NCBI RefSeq assembly: GCF_009914755.1
Contig: NC_060938.1
Source: the human T2T-CHM13v2.0 reference genome, Homo sapiens
Length of the DNA: 64,000 nucleotides
Direction: 5' to 3' (one strand)
In this document: in pieces, positions 17,938 to 33,878 of the stretch
Layout of the letters: each line of letters begins with the position of its first letter
How positions within the stretch are numbered: the stretch's first letter is position 1
Translations under genes and position numbers: made by a program
The notes under the pieces: generated by a model
Told to the model about the DNA's origin: nothing
The model's input: the letters and a program-made list of their open reading frames with translations, nothing else
Databases searched by the model: none

Positions 17938-18089
17938 TACAGTTTCTACTCTCTGCAAGTGAATAGGCTGAGAAAATTGTAAGGGACTCTGAATGGACAT
18001 AAAAATTCTGCTTGTTAAGAACAAGTCTGGCTCTGGTAACTGACCTTCATAACTAAAATATAAAACTGTTTGAGAAGTATTAAAAAAAA
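17938..18089 (+). pseudogene. Short poly(A)-tailed retrocopy of an unidentified mRNA 3' end, inserted in an old L1
   Basis: Non-L1 ~150 bp splits the L1M motif 'aaaaggaacaaactactga'. Flanked by gatcaaacta/gaacaaacta; TATAAA ~18 nt before an A8 tail. Confidence 0.55.
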
Positions 18090-18490
18090 TGAACAAACTA
18101 CTGAAGCCTACATCAACTTGCCTGAATCTTATTACATTGAACCAAAGAATCAAAAAAAGAATACATAATCTATGCTTCATTTGCATGTTGTTCTAGAACA
18201 GGGAACACTTATCTGTAGTGAAAAAATCAGGACAGAGTTTGTGGATGGCATTGGGATGGGGATCAACTGAGAAAGAAGAACAAAGGAGCTTTCTGGGGTG
18301 ATGGGAATGTTTATCGGGAGGTTAAATGGGTATATTTAGTTGTTAAATGATACCCTTAAGATTCTTGGACACCAGGCACGGTGGCTCACGCCTGTAATCC
18401 CAGCCCTTTGGGAGGCCGAGGTGGGCGGATTACCTGAGGTCAGGAATTCGAGACCAGCCTGATCAACATGGAGAAACCTTGTCTCTACTA

Positions 18491-18743
<253 letters not shown>

Positions 18744-19240
18744 TCATGAGATTTGCTTTCCACAGTAGTATGAATTAGCAATCCTAAAAGTACCTCATTT
18801 GCATTCTAGGTTTGCGCAAATAAATAAGTATATAGGAAGATAATGAAAGCCACTTTTTTTTTCTTTTTTTTTTCTTGGAGACGGAGTCTCGCTCTGTCGC
18901 CCAGGCTGGAGTGCAGTGGCGCAATCTTGGAAAGCCACTGTTTTCTCACTGTTGGAAATGGAAGTTACACATATGGAGAAGAGGAGGGCTAGCATGAACC
19001 CCAGAGGTAGAGAGAGAGATGGACCTTAGGCCTTCTCTCTCTCTATATATATATAAAGTTATATTTATATACTTTTTTTCTAGCATTTTCTCCAGTGTGG
19101 GACTAGAAACAATGACACACCAATAGCAGTGAGCACACCTAGCACCCAGATTTGATTCCTTTATTTTCCTCTTGGGCTTGCAAAAGAATAAGGTAGTATA
19201 GAATATCCTGTGTCAAATTGGAAAAGTGTTTAAAAGGTCA

Positions 19241-19488
<248 letters not shown>

Positions 19489-20414
19489 CTACAGAGCAAG
19501 ACCCCATCTCAAAAAAAAAAAACCAAAAACAAAAAATGAAAGAAAAGGGCTTAAAGAATGATTGGGGGCCAGGCACAGTGGCTCACGCCTGTAATCCCAG
19601 CACTTTAGGAGGCCGAGGTGGGTGGATCACCTGAGGTCAGGAGTTCGAGACCAGCCTGGCTAAAATGGTGAAACCCTGTTGAAAATACAAAAATTAGTCG
19701 GGCCTGTTTGCATGTGCCTGTAATCCCAGCTACTCAGGAGGTTGAGGCTGGAGAATCACCTGAACCCAGGAGGCAGAGGTTGCAGTGAGCTGAGATCACA
19801 CCATTGAACACCAGCCTGCCAACAAGAGTGAAACTCCATCTCAAAAAAAAAAAAAAAAAAAAAAGAGTGACTGGAACACATCAAAAGGGACAAAAGATCT
19901 AACTTGAAAGTCTCTTACCAGCCAAATTCCAGGCAATTTGATCATCAAAATAAATAATGATAGAAATGGAGTATTACCCATTGAATAAAATAAGACTCTG
20001 TGAGCCCGTATTGATAAGAATTAATGAATAAATAAATAAGAAAGAAGAGAAAACTTTTACTTGTAAGAGAATGCCAACTACAAAGTGTAGAAGAAATGGT
20101 AAAGTGAAATATTATTAGCAGATGCCAAAACTAGTGGGTAAAACATGACAGAATATTCACATAGTATAAAAGTACTTTCCCATGAATTACTTAATATTAA
20201 AATTACAAATATATAAAATCAATTATTTGTAAATTAAATTGAAATAATTAAATTTTGTTTAATTAATATCCTCAAATATTAATTAATATAAAATATTAAT
20301 TTTAAAATGGAGAAGTCTGGTGGCCATCATCTTCACCTGGTGATTATAGTTAACATTAGCGATATTGGGACAATCTGACATATGTCTCCTGATAAAATGC
20401 TTTAAGAAGGATAT

Positions 20415-20953
<539 letters not shown>

Positions 20954-21604
20954 GATATAGTATCACTTTTGTGGTATTCCTGCCAAAAATGCATAACCTG
21001 AATCTAATTATGATGAAACATAAGACACATCCAAATTGAATAACATTCTACAAAATATCTGGCCAGAGGAGCAGTTCCAGACTAAAAGAGACCAAAGATT
21101 GCCTTTATAACTGCCAGAAAAGAAAAAGAGAGATCAAAGACTCATTACAACTAAATGTAAATATGTAATCCTGGCTTGGATCCTGGACAAGGAAAAAAGA
21201 AATAGCTGTGGAGGACTCTATTTGAACAATTTATGAAATTTGAACAGGGACTGTAGATTCAATAGTATGGTATCAACGCTAAACTTTCTGATTTAGGTCA
21301 TTGTACTGGTTATTTAAGAGAATGTCTTTGTATTTAGAAAATACACGCAAATGTATCAAGGGGTAAAGAACACAGTTGCCCTCTATACCTGGTAACAACT
21401 TAACTTTAAGTGGTTCAAAAAATATACATGTGCATATATGTGCATGCATGCATACAAATAAATGTGTGTCATAGAGAATGATGAAGCAAGTGGTGCAAGA
21501 CAGAAACCATTTGTGGGTCTAGTGGGTAGATAGGAATTCCCTATACTATTCTTGCAAGTTTTTTTGGTAAATTTGTAATTTTTTGGGCCAGGTGCGGTGG
21601 CTCA

Positions 21605-21948
<344 letters not shown>

Positions 21949-22665
21949 TCAAAGTCCTGGGCTCCAGTGATCTTCCCACCTGGGCCTCCCAAAGTGCTGG
22001 GATTACAGGAATGAGCCATGGAGCCCAGCTATAAATTTGTAATTATATAAAAATAGTTTATGCTGAGTGAAGTGGCTCATGCCTGCAATCCCAGCATTTT
22101 GGGAGGCAGAGGCAGGAGTATCACTTATACCCAGGAGTTCGAGACCAGCCTGGGAAACATAGAGACCCTGTCTCCTATAAAAATAAAAATATATAAATAA
22201 ATAAGTATAGTTTTAAAAGTTATTTGCACCACCTATATATCATATGTATAAGTGTACCTGCACACATATGTGTTTGTTTATGTGTGTACATCTACTAAAT
22301 TCAGTGGTGGACTGTTATTTTTTTGGGGGGGTGAGGGGTGTTGTATTTGTGAATGTAGGAAAAACACAAGCTCTTTGTGTTAAGTTTGAAGTGGTGATCC
22401 TCATTCTTAAGGAAAACAAACCCTCTTGTATTGATAAGTCCCACTATTCACTATTCCTCAAATGTTTTATTTTTGTTTTGGAAATATTGAAGAGTTGGGA
22501 AAATATATCCCACCTTACTTTCACCCTTAATCGGAATTGGCACACTTCAGGCCAGGCACGGTGGCTCACACCTGTAATCCCAGCACTTGGGAGGTCAAGC
22601 GGGCAGATCATCTGAGCTCAGGAGTTCGAGACCAGCCTGAGAAACATGGCAAAACCCCGTCTCTA

Positions 22666-22914
<249 letters not shown>

Positions 22915-22950
22915 TCAAACCTGTTCATGAAGTAATTATGGTCTATTTAC

Positions 22951-23070
22951 CTGCTTCTAGGGATGAATTGCTTGAAGGAATTGGCATGATCCAAAAAAGA
23001 ACCATGTGCGACAAGTGTGGATATCTGTCCACAAAACGTACAAGATTCTGTACTATCTTTTGATATGTGG
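22951..23070 (-). pseudogene. Candidate exon relic 5
   Basis: Good donor CAG|gtaaat. Open frame TYQKIVQNLVRFVDRYPHLSHMVLFWIMPIPSSNSSLEA ends in phase 1, compatible with the next relic. Confidence 0.45.
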
Positions 23071-23332
23071 CTATGTCTCATAAAACCAAAGAAATATGAA
23101 GCTTTAGTGAAGCTTTTTTTAAATCATTATTGACATTATACACACACTTGGTTTAAAGACTCAAGTGATTTAACAAGTTTTGTTAAGAAAAACAGCACAG
23201 GCATGGTGGCTCACACCTGTAGGTCCAGCATTTTGGGAGGCCAAGGCAGGAGGACCAATCGAGCCCAGGAGTTCAAGACCAGCCTGGGCATCATAGCCAT
23301 ACCCCATCTATACAACCAAAATTTAAAAATTA

Positions 23333-23665
<333 letters not shown>

Positions 23666-24439
23666 CTACTCAGGAGGCTGAGGCAAGAGGGTCACTTGAG
23701 CCCAAGAGGTCTAGGCTGCAGTCAGCAGTGATCATGCCACTGCACTCCAGTCTGGGTGATAGAGCGAGATTGTCTCAAAAAGAAAAAAGAAAAACAGCAC
23801 TGCCCTTCCCTTCTTCCACCCATTACTTTCCCTTCTCTTCAGACATAACTACTTTCATCATTTATAACTGATTGTTTTGATGTTTACTGCCATGTCTTTA
23901 AACAACATGCTTAATTGTTATTTCTTGGGTCTTCAGTTTTGTAAACTATCTGTTGGTTTCCTATTGCAGATGAGGACCCAACTCTATTTGCTCTTCCTTC
24001 ACCAACATTAAGTACGTAATTATGATTATGTAAACATTATTCATAGCTGAGAGAAGTAGTATATGCTATGATTATCTTCTTATCCTGAATAAATCTTTAT
24101 TTTGCCTAGATTTAATAATTGTGCTTTTTCTCTCTTTTTAAAAAAAGTTTTTTAGACAGGGTCTCGCTCTGTTACCCAGGCTGGAGTGCAGTGGTGCAAA
24201 CATGGCTCACTGCAGCCTGGACATCCTGGGCTCAAGTGATCCTCCCACCTCAGCCTCCCAAGCAGTGGGACTACAGGCATGTTCCACCATGCCTGTCTAG
24301 CTTTTGTATTTTTTGTAGAGACAGGGTTTCGCCATGTTGCCCAGCTTAGTCTTGAACTCCTGGGCTCAAGCAATCCACCTGCCTTGGCCTCCCAAAGTGC
24401 TAGGATTACAGGCATGAGCTACTGTGCCCAGCCTTCTTT

Positions 24440-26465
24440 TTTCTTTCTTTCCGTTATTTTTGAGCCCGGGTATACATACATGCATACAATATATGATGAT
24501 CAAAGCTGGGTAATTGGGATATCGACAATCTCAAATATTTATCATTTCTTTGTGTTGGCAACATTCCAAATCTTCTCTTCTAGCTATTTTGAAATGTATG
24601 ATTAATTATTGTTAACTATAGTCACCTCATTGGGCTGTTGAAATCTAGATCTTATTCCTTCTACGCAACAAAATTTTTGTACCCATTAACTGACTCATCT
24701 TCTTCCCCACCTCCCCACTACTCTTCCCAGTCTCTGGTAACCCCAATCAACTCTCTACCTCCATGAGATCAATTTTTTTAGTTCCCACATAGGAGTGAAA
24801 ACATGTATTGTCACTCTTTTGGCCAGAAACCTCTGTGGCCGGTGATGCCTTTGCCTGAGTTCTTATCCTGCATCCAGGAAGAATGAGGTATGCAGACAAG
24901 TGGACGATGAGCAAGATGAAGAGGAACTTCATTGAGTGTTAGAACAGCTCAGAGGAGACCTGCAGTGGGTAGCTCCCCTCTGTAGCCAGGTTGTCCCAGC
25001 AGGCCCTGGAGTGGGTGGCTCCTCTCTGCAACTGGTAGTCCCATGATCTCTCCATCCTCTGCCCTGCTCTGGCTGAGTTGGGGGCTTTTATGGACCTCGG
25101 AGAGGACAAAGTGCTCTGGGTCCATAGGCAGCCATGGGCTGGCTGGAAAAGGCACCACAAGTGCCCACTTGGACCCACAGGGACTGGCACCTGACCTGCA
25201 GCCTTCAGGCCCTCCCTGCCCTGAAGGTGGGGTCTTACAGGGACCGCTCCCTTTGCCCAGGAGCCTGTCTGCATCCCACTGTGCCACCAGCATCCATGGC
25301 ACCCAGGCTGTTCTCACCAAGGGGCTTCTGCAGGCCAGTGCCAAGCCGCCCTCAGCCCCCACTTGGCTTCCACTCTCAGCGCCCCCTTGGCTTCCCCTCT
25401 CACGCTCGTGGGTGCCCAAATTCTGGAGGCAGCAGAGGCGGCAGAGGGCTGGCGTATAAGCACTGCCGCAAGCTTGAGCACACCCAGCTGGACTGCGACA
25501 GCATCCCTGCTCATCCCCAATCCCTGCTTTGATATTGGAGCCATGCTGGGAGAGGAGAGAGGCCAGGCAGAGGGAGAAGAAACCCGCGAGCCTGCTGGGA
25601 CAGGGATGAGGAAGCCTTCCAGGGTCCCCAAGGGTGCAGACTGTAGAGACAGCTGCCTGGGTCCTGCACCTGGGAGGGCAGCTGCAGCTGCAGCTGCACC
25701 AGGGAGTTCTCGCCCTGCCAACTCAGAAGGGGCAGAGCTTCTGCTTATCACCGGCTCCTTGGAGCAGGAGGCCTGGGTCTGCAGCAGTGGGTCAGGCAGC
25801 TGCAGCTGCACCCGGGAGGGCAGGGCAGGGATCCTGCCTGCTCCCGGCCCACACAAGAGCACAGGGAGGCTCGGATCTGCAGCCACAACTTGGGTGGCTA
25901 CAGCCTGTCCAGGAGAGCGGGGCTCCTGCCTGCTCCATGGAGCAGGAGGCCCAGGTCTACAGGCACGGTTTGGACGGCTGCAGCGGCACCCAGGAAGCTC
26001 CCGCCTTAACTCAGAAGGAGGGGGGTTCCTGCCTGTCCCGGCGTCCCGCTGCCTCCACGGAGCATGCAGCCCCAGCCGCACCTCCCCACTGCCTGGCTTA
26101 TTTCACTTAACATAATGTTCGTACACTGATGAGGAATGTAAATTAGTACAGCCACTATGTAAAACAATATGGAGTTTCCCCCAGAACTAAAAATAGAACT
26201 AGCATATGATCCAGCAATTCCGCTGCTGCGTATATACCCAAAAGAAAGGAAATAAGTGTATCAAAGAGATATCTGCACTCCCATGTTTATTGCAGCACTG
26301 TTCACAGTAGCCAAGATGTGTAGTCAACCCAAGTGTCCATCAACAGATAAATAGATAAAGAAAATGTGGTGTATATATACACAATGGAATATTATTTAGC
26401 TATAAGAAAGAATGGATTTCTGTTATTTGCAGCAACATGGATAAAACTAGAGAACATTATGTTAA
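24440..26465 (-). mobile_element. L1MA-type 3' end with 5' inversion (inverted segment 26121-26465)
   Basis: Minus-strand L1 up to 26120, plus-strand L1 at 26121-26465; the junction 14-mer is present in both orientations. Confidence 0.8.
24808..26090 (-). mobile_element. MER52-family (ERV1) LTR fragment inside an L1
   Basis: ggccagaaacctctgtggcc...ccaggaagaatgaggtatgcagacaagtgg...gaacagctcagaggagacc, followed by the GC-rich gcagctgcacc repeats typical of MER52. Confidence 0.8.
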
Positions 26466-26943
26466 TTTTCTTAGTTTTCATTACCCCAAACCCTTTGCCA
26501 ATTTGTCTAAATCTCCTTTCAAGAGGTTCTGATGCATCAAATATTTCACTGGTTTCATCATCTAAAGAAATCCCTCTTGGTGCCTATGATCTGCTCCAAC
26601 TGAACAGGTTTGCTCTCAGTGCCTGGTGACAGCTGTCAACTGGGGAACTCCCTTCACTATCCTGGTGCTTATCCTAGATCTCCTGTTTCCTGTGTCCTAT
26701 GTCATTTTCATTTTTTGGTTATATTTTTGTTTCAGAAGAGCATATCTCTAGTAAATTCCTAGTAAAGATACGAAGGAATTTTGTTTCATTTTGTTTGCTT
26801 TTTCATTCTTTGCACGCCTGAAAATATTCCCATTTCCCATCTTGTATTTGATTTATCAGAAGTAGAATCTGGCCGGGCGCAGTGGCTCAGACCTGCCATC
26901 CTAGCACTTTGGGAGGCCAAGGCAGGCAGATCACCTGAGGTCA

Positions 26944-27190
<247 letters not shown>

Positions 27191-27824
27191 TCACCAAAGA
27201 CAGATTGGGAATATAAAAAGTGAGTGTAGAGATGAAAAAATTGTAGGGGAGTTTGAAAATTCAGGAGTGGATCCTGGAGGACTGCCTGAATACATTCACC
27301 TGAAATGAGACATTGAACTAGAAAGAAACTGAGATACCTTTAATTGGCTGCATTACATTCCTATTCCACTTCCACCCTCCCTCTGTAGAATGAGAGCTCA
27401 AGAGGAAGTTTAAGTCAGTGGTAGAAATTAAGGGATTGGCCGGAAATTGCTCAGCAATTTGGAAGCCCAAGGTGGGCCAATTAATTGAGCCCAGGAGTTC
27501 CAGACCAGCCTCGGGCAACATGGCAAAACCCCATCCCTACAAAAAAATACAAAACAGCTGGGTATGGTGGCATGCACCTGTAGTCCCAGCTACTCAGGAG
27601 GTTCAGGTGGGGGGATCACCTGAGCCTGGGGAGGAGGAGGAGGCTACAGGGAGCTGTGATTGTACCACTGCAATGCAGCCTGGGTGACAGAGCAAGACCC
27701 TGTCTCAAAAAAAGAAAAAGGAAGGAAAGAAGAAAAGAAAGAAGGAAGGAAAGAAAGAAAAAGAAAGAAAGAAGGAGTGCTGTATGTTTTGTATATCTGA
27801 GTTTGTTGTGGGCTCAAAGTTTAC

Positions 27825-28114
27825 CCCTCCGCCATGTATATTTCTGACTTCCATTACTGTTTTTTTCCATAAAGAATACCTTTTACTTTTGTAATCAGAA
27901 AAAACAATACAGCTGTCTCCATTTGGTGGCAAAGTTTGAGAGAAACTGAAGAACACCTTGTAGAGGAGCATTTCCAAGGTATACAGTAGTTTCTTATCAA
28001 TGAGTGATGAGGGAGTGGTGTGAATAGGAGAGGCTGTTGGATAAATGAAAGGTCAGTAGAAGGATCACACAGTTCTATTGAATATTATTCAACATTTTGC
28101 AGAGGTGTCTGGCT
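27825..28114 (-). pseudogene. Candidate exon relic 4
   Basis: Acceptor caattctttctgcacag|A, donor GGG|gtaaac. Reads ARHLCKMLNNIQ*NCVILL...LQGVLQFLSNFATKWRQLY with stops. Confidence 0.35.
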
Positions 28115-28293
28115 CTGTGCAGAAAGAATTGCCACAATTTTTCAAAGAACAACACAAAGATATAATAACTTTATTATGCCACTTATTTTCCTCCTAATGG
28201 AAACTTCATTCTCACTGGGTTCTTTGCAAACTCTCCTGTCTAGAGACAGGAGAAAATCATGTATAGAAACACAGTACAGAACAGAAATAATAA

Positions 28294-28551
<258 letters not shown>

Positions 28552-29714
28552 TGAACTTCTGACCTCAGGTGATCTGCCTGTCTCGGCCTCCCAAAGTGTT
28601 AGGATTACAGGCATGAACCAGTGTCCAGCCAGAGTGATTCTGATTGGCCCAATCCCGCCTCCTTGAAATTGATCCTCCTCATTACTGTTAGAAAGGTCTA
28701 ACTGAAATGCAAATGTAACAACATTTCCTTATAATTTAAAATAATTTACTGTCCTGTCAACTCCCTCCTCCATTGACTTAGCATGGTATATAAAGTCCTT
28801 TATGATCTGGTGCTTGTTGTCTCTTCTGTCACTTCCCTATTACATTTTATGCCTATAAATATCTCAATTTTTCTCTTTACTTTAGAAGAGATGAGAAAAT
28901 GGAAGTATATCATAGCAAATTTGCTATATTTTTACCAGAACTAGTTAGCATTAGCCTGAAGTAACTGTGATAAAGAAGCATACTGCAATCCCTATAGCAA
29001 TTGGTAAGAAAATTACTCAAATAAAAACTTAAGGCTGGACGTGGTGGCTCATACCTGTAATCCCAGCACTTTGGGAGGCTGAGGTGGGAGGATCATGAGG
29101 TCAGGAGATTGAGACCATCCTGGCTAACATGGTGAAACATCGTCTCTACTAAAAAATACAAAAAAATTAGCCGGGCGTGGTGGCAGGTGCCTGTAGTCCC
29201 AGCTACTCAGGAGGCTGAGGCAGGGGAATGGTGTGAACCCAGGAGGCGGAGCTTGTAGTGAGTGAGATCGCGCCACCGCACTCCAGCCTGGGTGAAAGAG
29301 CGAGACTCCGTCTCAAAAAAAAAAACAAAAACAAAACTTAAAAATGAACAAAGGAATTAAAAGAATACATTGAAAGATATTTGTTTAATGCAAAAGAAGG
29401 CAGTAACATTGGCACAGAGGAACAAAAATGACATGAAACACAATAGAAACAAATAGGAAAATGACAGGCATAAATCCAACCATACGAGTAATTACATTAA
29501 ATGTACATGAATTAAACACTCCAATTAAAAGCAGAGATTATCAGATAAATAAATAGGGTTCAATTACATGCTGTCCATAAGAGATACTCTTTAGATTCAA
29601 AGATATAATGTAAATGTAAAACTATGGGAAAAATCATCTTAAGAGCTGGAGTCACCTGTAATCCCAACAATTTGGGATGCTGAGACAGGTGGATCACTTG
29701 GGGTCAGGAGTTCA

Positions 29715-29960
<246 letters not shown>

Positions 29961-30345
29961 TCAGATAAAATAGACTTTAAGATTTTTTTAGAAGTTACTA
30001 TTGAAGAGAGGGATGTTTTATTTATTTGTTTGTTTGTTTGTTTGTTTGTTTTTTAGAGACAGGGTCTTGCTCTCTCGCCAAGGTTGGAGTGAGTGGCACA
30101 ATCAGAGCTCACTGCAGCCTCAACCTCCCAGGCTCAAGTGATCGTGATCACCTGATCGTCCCACCTCAGCCTCCCAAGTAGCTAGGACTACAAGTGCGTG
30201 CTACCATGCCCAGATAATTTTTTATTTTTTGTAGAGATGGGGTCTCACTATGTTGCCCAGGCTGGTCTTGAACTCCTGGGCTCAAGGGATCCTCTCGCAT
30301 CCACCTCCCAAGTGCTGGATTACAGGCTGAGCCACTGCACCAGCC

Positions 30346-31450
30346 TGAAATATTATTTTTTATCAAGTTTCACAAAAATGTAGAATATTATCATACTTTT
30401 TTTAAAGCTATATTATTAGCACACAGAACACTTCATTGTTGTTTTTTGGAGAAGAGGCACATTATGTCACTAATAGAATGTCCCCAAAGCTGGATTGATG
30501 TGGGCAAAACAGCTTTCTCTTTTAGATTTGAGAGACTTCCTCTTGGCTCCCAGGAGGAGGAATTTCCTGATGTTGACACACACAGCCACCTTGGCACAAA
30601 TGTCTTAAGGTATGGAAAAACAAATTCATCTTTATGTCCACTTCTGCCTTCCCACCTTCTGAACAGACTTAACTCCCTTAAGCCCAGACAACTTTTGAGA
30701 CCTGACCTCCAATAATTGATTACCTGTGTGTCAGGCAATCTGCAATCTGAACTTTCCAGTGATGCCACTAAGAAGGTGCACCTCAAAAGAGCAGCAGTTC
30801 CATTTCTACTGTCGATAAATTTCTACTGCAGATAAATTCTGCCATTTTCATTTTACTTCTTGAAAGTCGAGTTAGCTCTTGAAAAGTTGTCAAGCAACAT
30901 GCTAAACGTGAAATGTCAACTCTCAACTTTCCCTATTCAGAGCATCAAACAAAGACTTCATTGAGTTTTTTAGGGGCTTTCTGATTTGGGTAGTCCATTG
31001 AAGAGGGGAGTTTGAAAGTTGTTGGGCTGGGCACAGTTGGCTCATGCCTATAATCCCAGGGCTTCCGGAGGCCAGAGCATGAGGATTGTTTGAGCCCAGG
31101 AATTCAAGACCAGCCTGGGCAACAAAATGAGGCCCCCCCCCCAACTAAAAAATTAAAAAATTAGGCAGGCATGGTGGCACATGCCTTTGGTCTCAGCTAC
31201 TTGAGAGGCTGAGGTTGGGAGGATCACTTGAGCCCAGGAGTTCAAAGCTGCAGTGAGCCATGATCATGCCACTGCACTCCAGCCTGGGCAACAGAATGAG
31301 ACCCTGTCTTAAAAAAAAAAAAGAAAAAAGAAAGTTGTTGTAAACTGTTAAGAATTGTCTGCACATGTCTTGCCTGAAATACCATGGTACCAGGGTTGTT
31401 TGTGGAAAGTATCTTTAATAAAGCTGGATACAGATTTGCTTAGAAAAAAA
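30346..31450 (+). pseudogene. HMGN2: Processed pseudogene fragment of HMGN2 (3'UTR only), interrupted by an AluJ
   Basis: Matches the recalled HMGN2 3'UTR (gcacacagaacacttcattgttg...gtcactaatagaatgt...gtatctttaataaagctggatacag). AATAAA at 31417, short A-tail. Alu at 31025-31329 with TSD GAAAGTTGTTG. Confidence 0.88.
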
Positions 31451-32476
31451 TTATAAACATATATCCTTCTAACAACAGAGCCCCAAATATATGAAGCAAA
31501 ACTTGACAGAATTGAAGTGAGAAATACAATTCAACAATAACTGGAAACTTTATTTATTTTTGTTGTTGTTACAGAAACTTTATTTTTACTTTTTATTTTA
31601 TTTTATTTTTGAGATGGAGTTTCATTCTCGTGCCCCAGGCTGGAGTGCAATGGTGCGATCTTGGCTCACCACAACCTCCGCCTCCTGAGTAGCTGGGATT
31701 ACAGGCACGTGCCACCATGCGTGGCTAATTTTTATATTTTTAGTAGAGACAGGGTTTCACCATGTTGGCTAGGCTGGTCTCAAACTCCTGGCCTCAAATG
31801 ATCCTCCCGCCTTGGCCTCCTAAAGTGCTGGGATTACAGATGTGAGCCACCGTGCCCAGCCATGTTATAGAAACTTTAAATATCCTATTCTCAAAAACGG
31901 AAGTAACAACTACACAGAAAATCTTACAACTCATTAAAAAGAATATAAACAATCAACTATAAAATGGATAGAATAGACATTTCACTAAAGAAAATATATA
32001 AATGTTTAATAAACTCATGAAAATGTGCTCAATTAATATCATGAACTATTAGAGAAATGCAAATTACAACCACAATAAAAATATAACTACACACTCACTG
32101 AAATGTGCTATGATCAAAGAGACAGCACATACCAGTATAAGTGAGCATATAAAGAAAGGGAACCCATACATTGCTGGTGGAATGTAAAATGGAATAGCCA
32201 CTTTGGAAAACAATTTGGCAGTTACTTAAAAAGTTAAACGTAAGTTTATCATATGACCCAATAATTCTACTCCTAGATACTACCCAAAATAACTGAAAAC
32301 ATCTGCCTACACAAACACTTGTATGTGAACCGTTTTTATTTGTTTGTGACGGGGTCTTACTCTGCCTCCCAGGCTCAGGTGATCCTCCTACCTCAGCCTC
32401 CTGAGTAGCTAGGATCACAGCCATGTGCCACCACACCTGCCTAATTTTTTTATTTTTTATTTTTTGGCAAAGATGG

Positions 32477-32948
32477 TGTGATGGTTAATACTGAGTGTCA
32501 ACTTGATTGGATTGAAGGATGCAAAGTATTGATCCTGGGTGCATCTGTGAGGGTGTTGCCAAAGGAGATTAACATTTGACTCAATGGGCTGGGGAAGGCA
32601 GACCCACCCTTAATCTGGGTGGGCACCATCTAATCAGCTGCCAGCGTGGATAGAATATAAAGCAGGCAGAAAAATGTGAAAAGCCTAGACTGGCCTCGCC
32701 TCCCAGCCTACATCTTTCTCCTGTACTAGATGTTTCCTGCCCTCAAATATCAGACTCCAGGTTCTTCAGTTTTGGGACTCGGACTGGCTCTTCTTGCTCC
32801 TCAGCTTGCAGATGGCCTATTGTGGGACCTTGTGGTCGTGTGAGTTAATACTTAATAGTTAATACTTAATAAACTCCCCTTTATATATATACATATATAC
32901 ACATACATACACACCCTATTAGTTCTGTCCCTCTAGAGAACTAATACA
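32477..32948 (+). mobile_element. MLT2A (HERVL) solo LTR inserted in an AluJ
   Basis: tgtgatggttaatactgagtgtcaacttgattggattg...ctaataca with TSD GATGG at 32472-32476 and 32949-32953. Confidence 0.92.
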
Positions 32949-33644
32949 GATGGGGGTCTCACTTTGTTGCCCAGGGTGGTCTCAAACTCCTGGATTACAA
33001 AGTAAGTAATCCTCTCACTTTGGCCTCCCAAAATGCTGAGATTACAAGCATGAGCCACTGTGCCCAGCAACGTGAATGTTCACAGCAGTGTGATTCATAA
33101 TAGCCAAGAAGTGGAAACAACCCAAAAGTCCATCCGATGGTGAATGGGTCATACAATACTGCATGTCTACAGAATACAATTAAAGAGAACAAACTATTAA
33201 CACAATGTGGATGAACATCAAACACCTCATGCTCTGTGGAAGAAATCAAACAGAAAGACTACTTATTTTATAATTGCATTACATTAAATGTTTAGAAAAG
33301 GCAAATTTATAGAAACAGAAAGCAGATCTGTGGCAGTCTAGGGTGAGGATAGGAGTGGGGATTAACCATAAATGAGTACAGAGGAAATTGTTAGAATGTT
33401 GGAAATGTTCTAAACATTTTAGTAAATATCAAAATCTGTCCAAGGTTGTGCAGCTAATAAGTAGCAAGCCAGGATTCAAATCCAGGCATTTGGTTCCAGT
33501 GGCCATTCTCTTACCTCTCTGCTAATATAAATCAAATGTTGATGATATTTGGCCAGGCACAATTGCTCACACCTGTAATCTGAGCACTTTGGGAGTCCAC
33601 TGCAGGCAGATCACAAGGTCAAGAATTTGAGACCAGCCTGGTCA

Positions 33645-33878
<234 letters not shown>

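Noticed and set aside
22961-23063. Plus-strand acceptor and frame DELLEGIGMIQKRTMCDKCGYL
   Set aside because: No donor or partner exons on the plus strand; the minus-strand reading fits the neighbouring relics better.
24939-26115. Longest ORFs in the track (250-255 aa, both strands)
   Set aside because: They lie wholly within the GC-rich MER52 LTR, overlap in many frames, are low complexity and show no domain.
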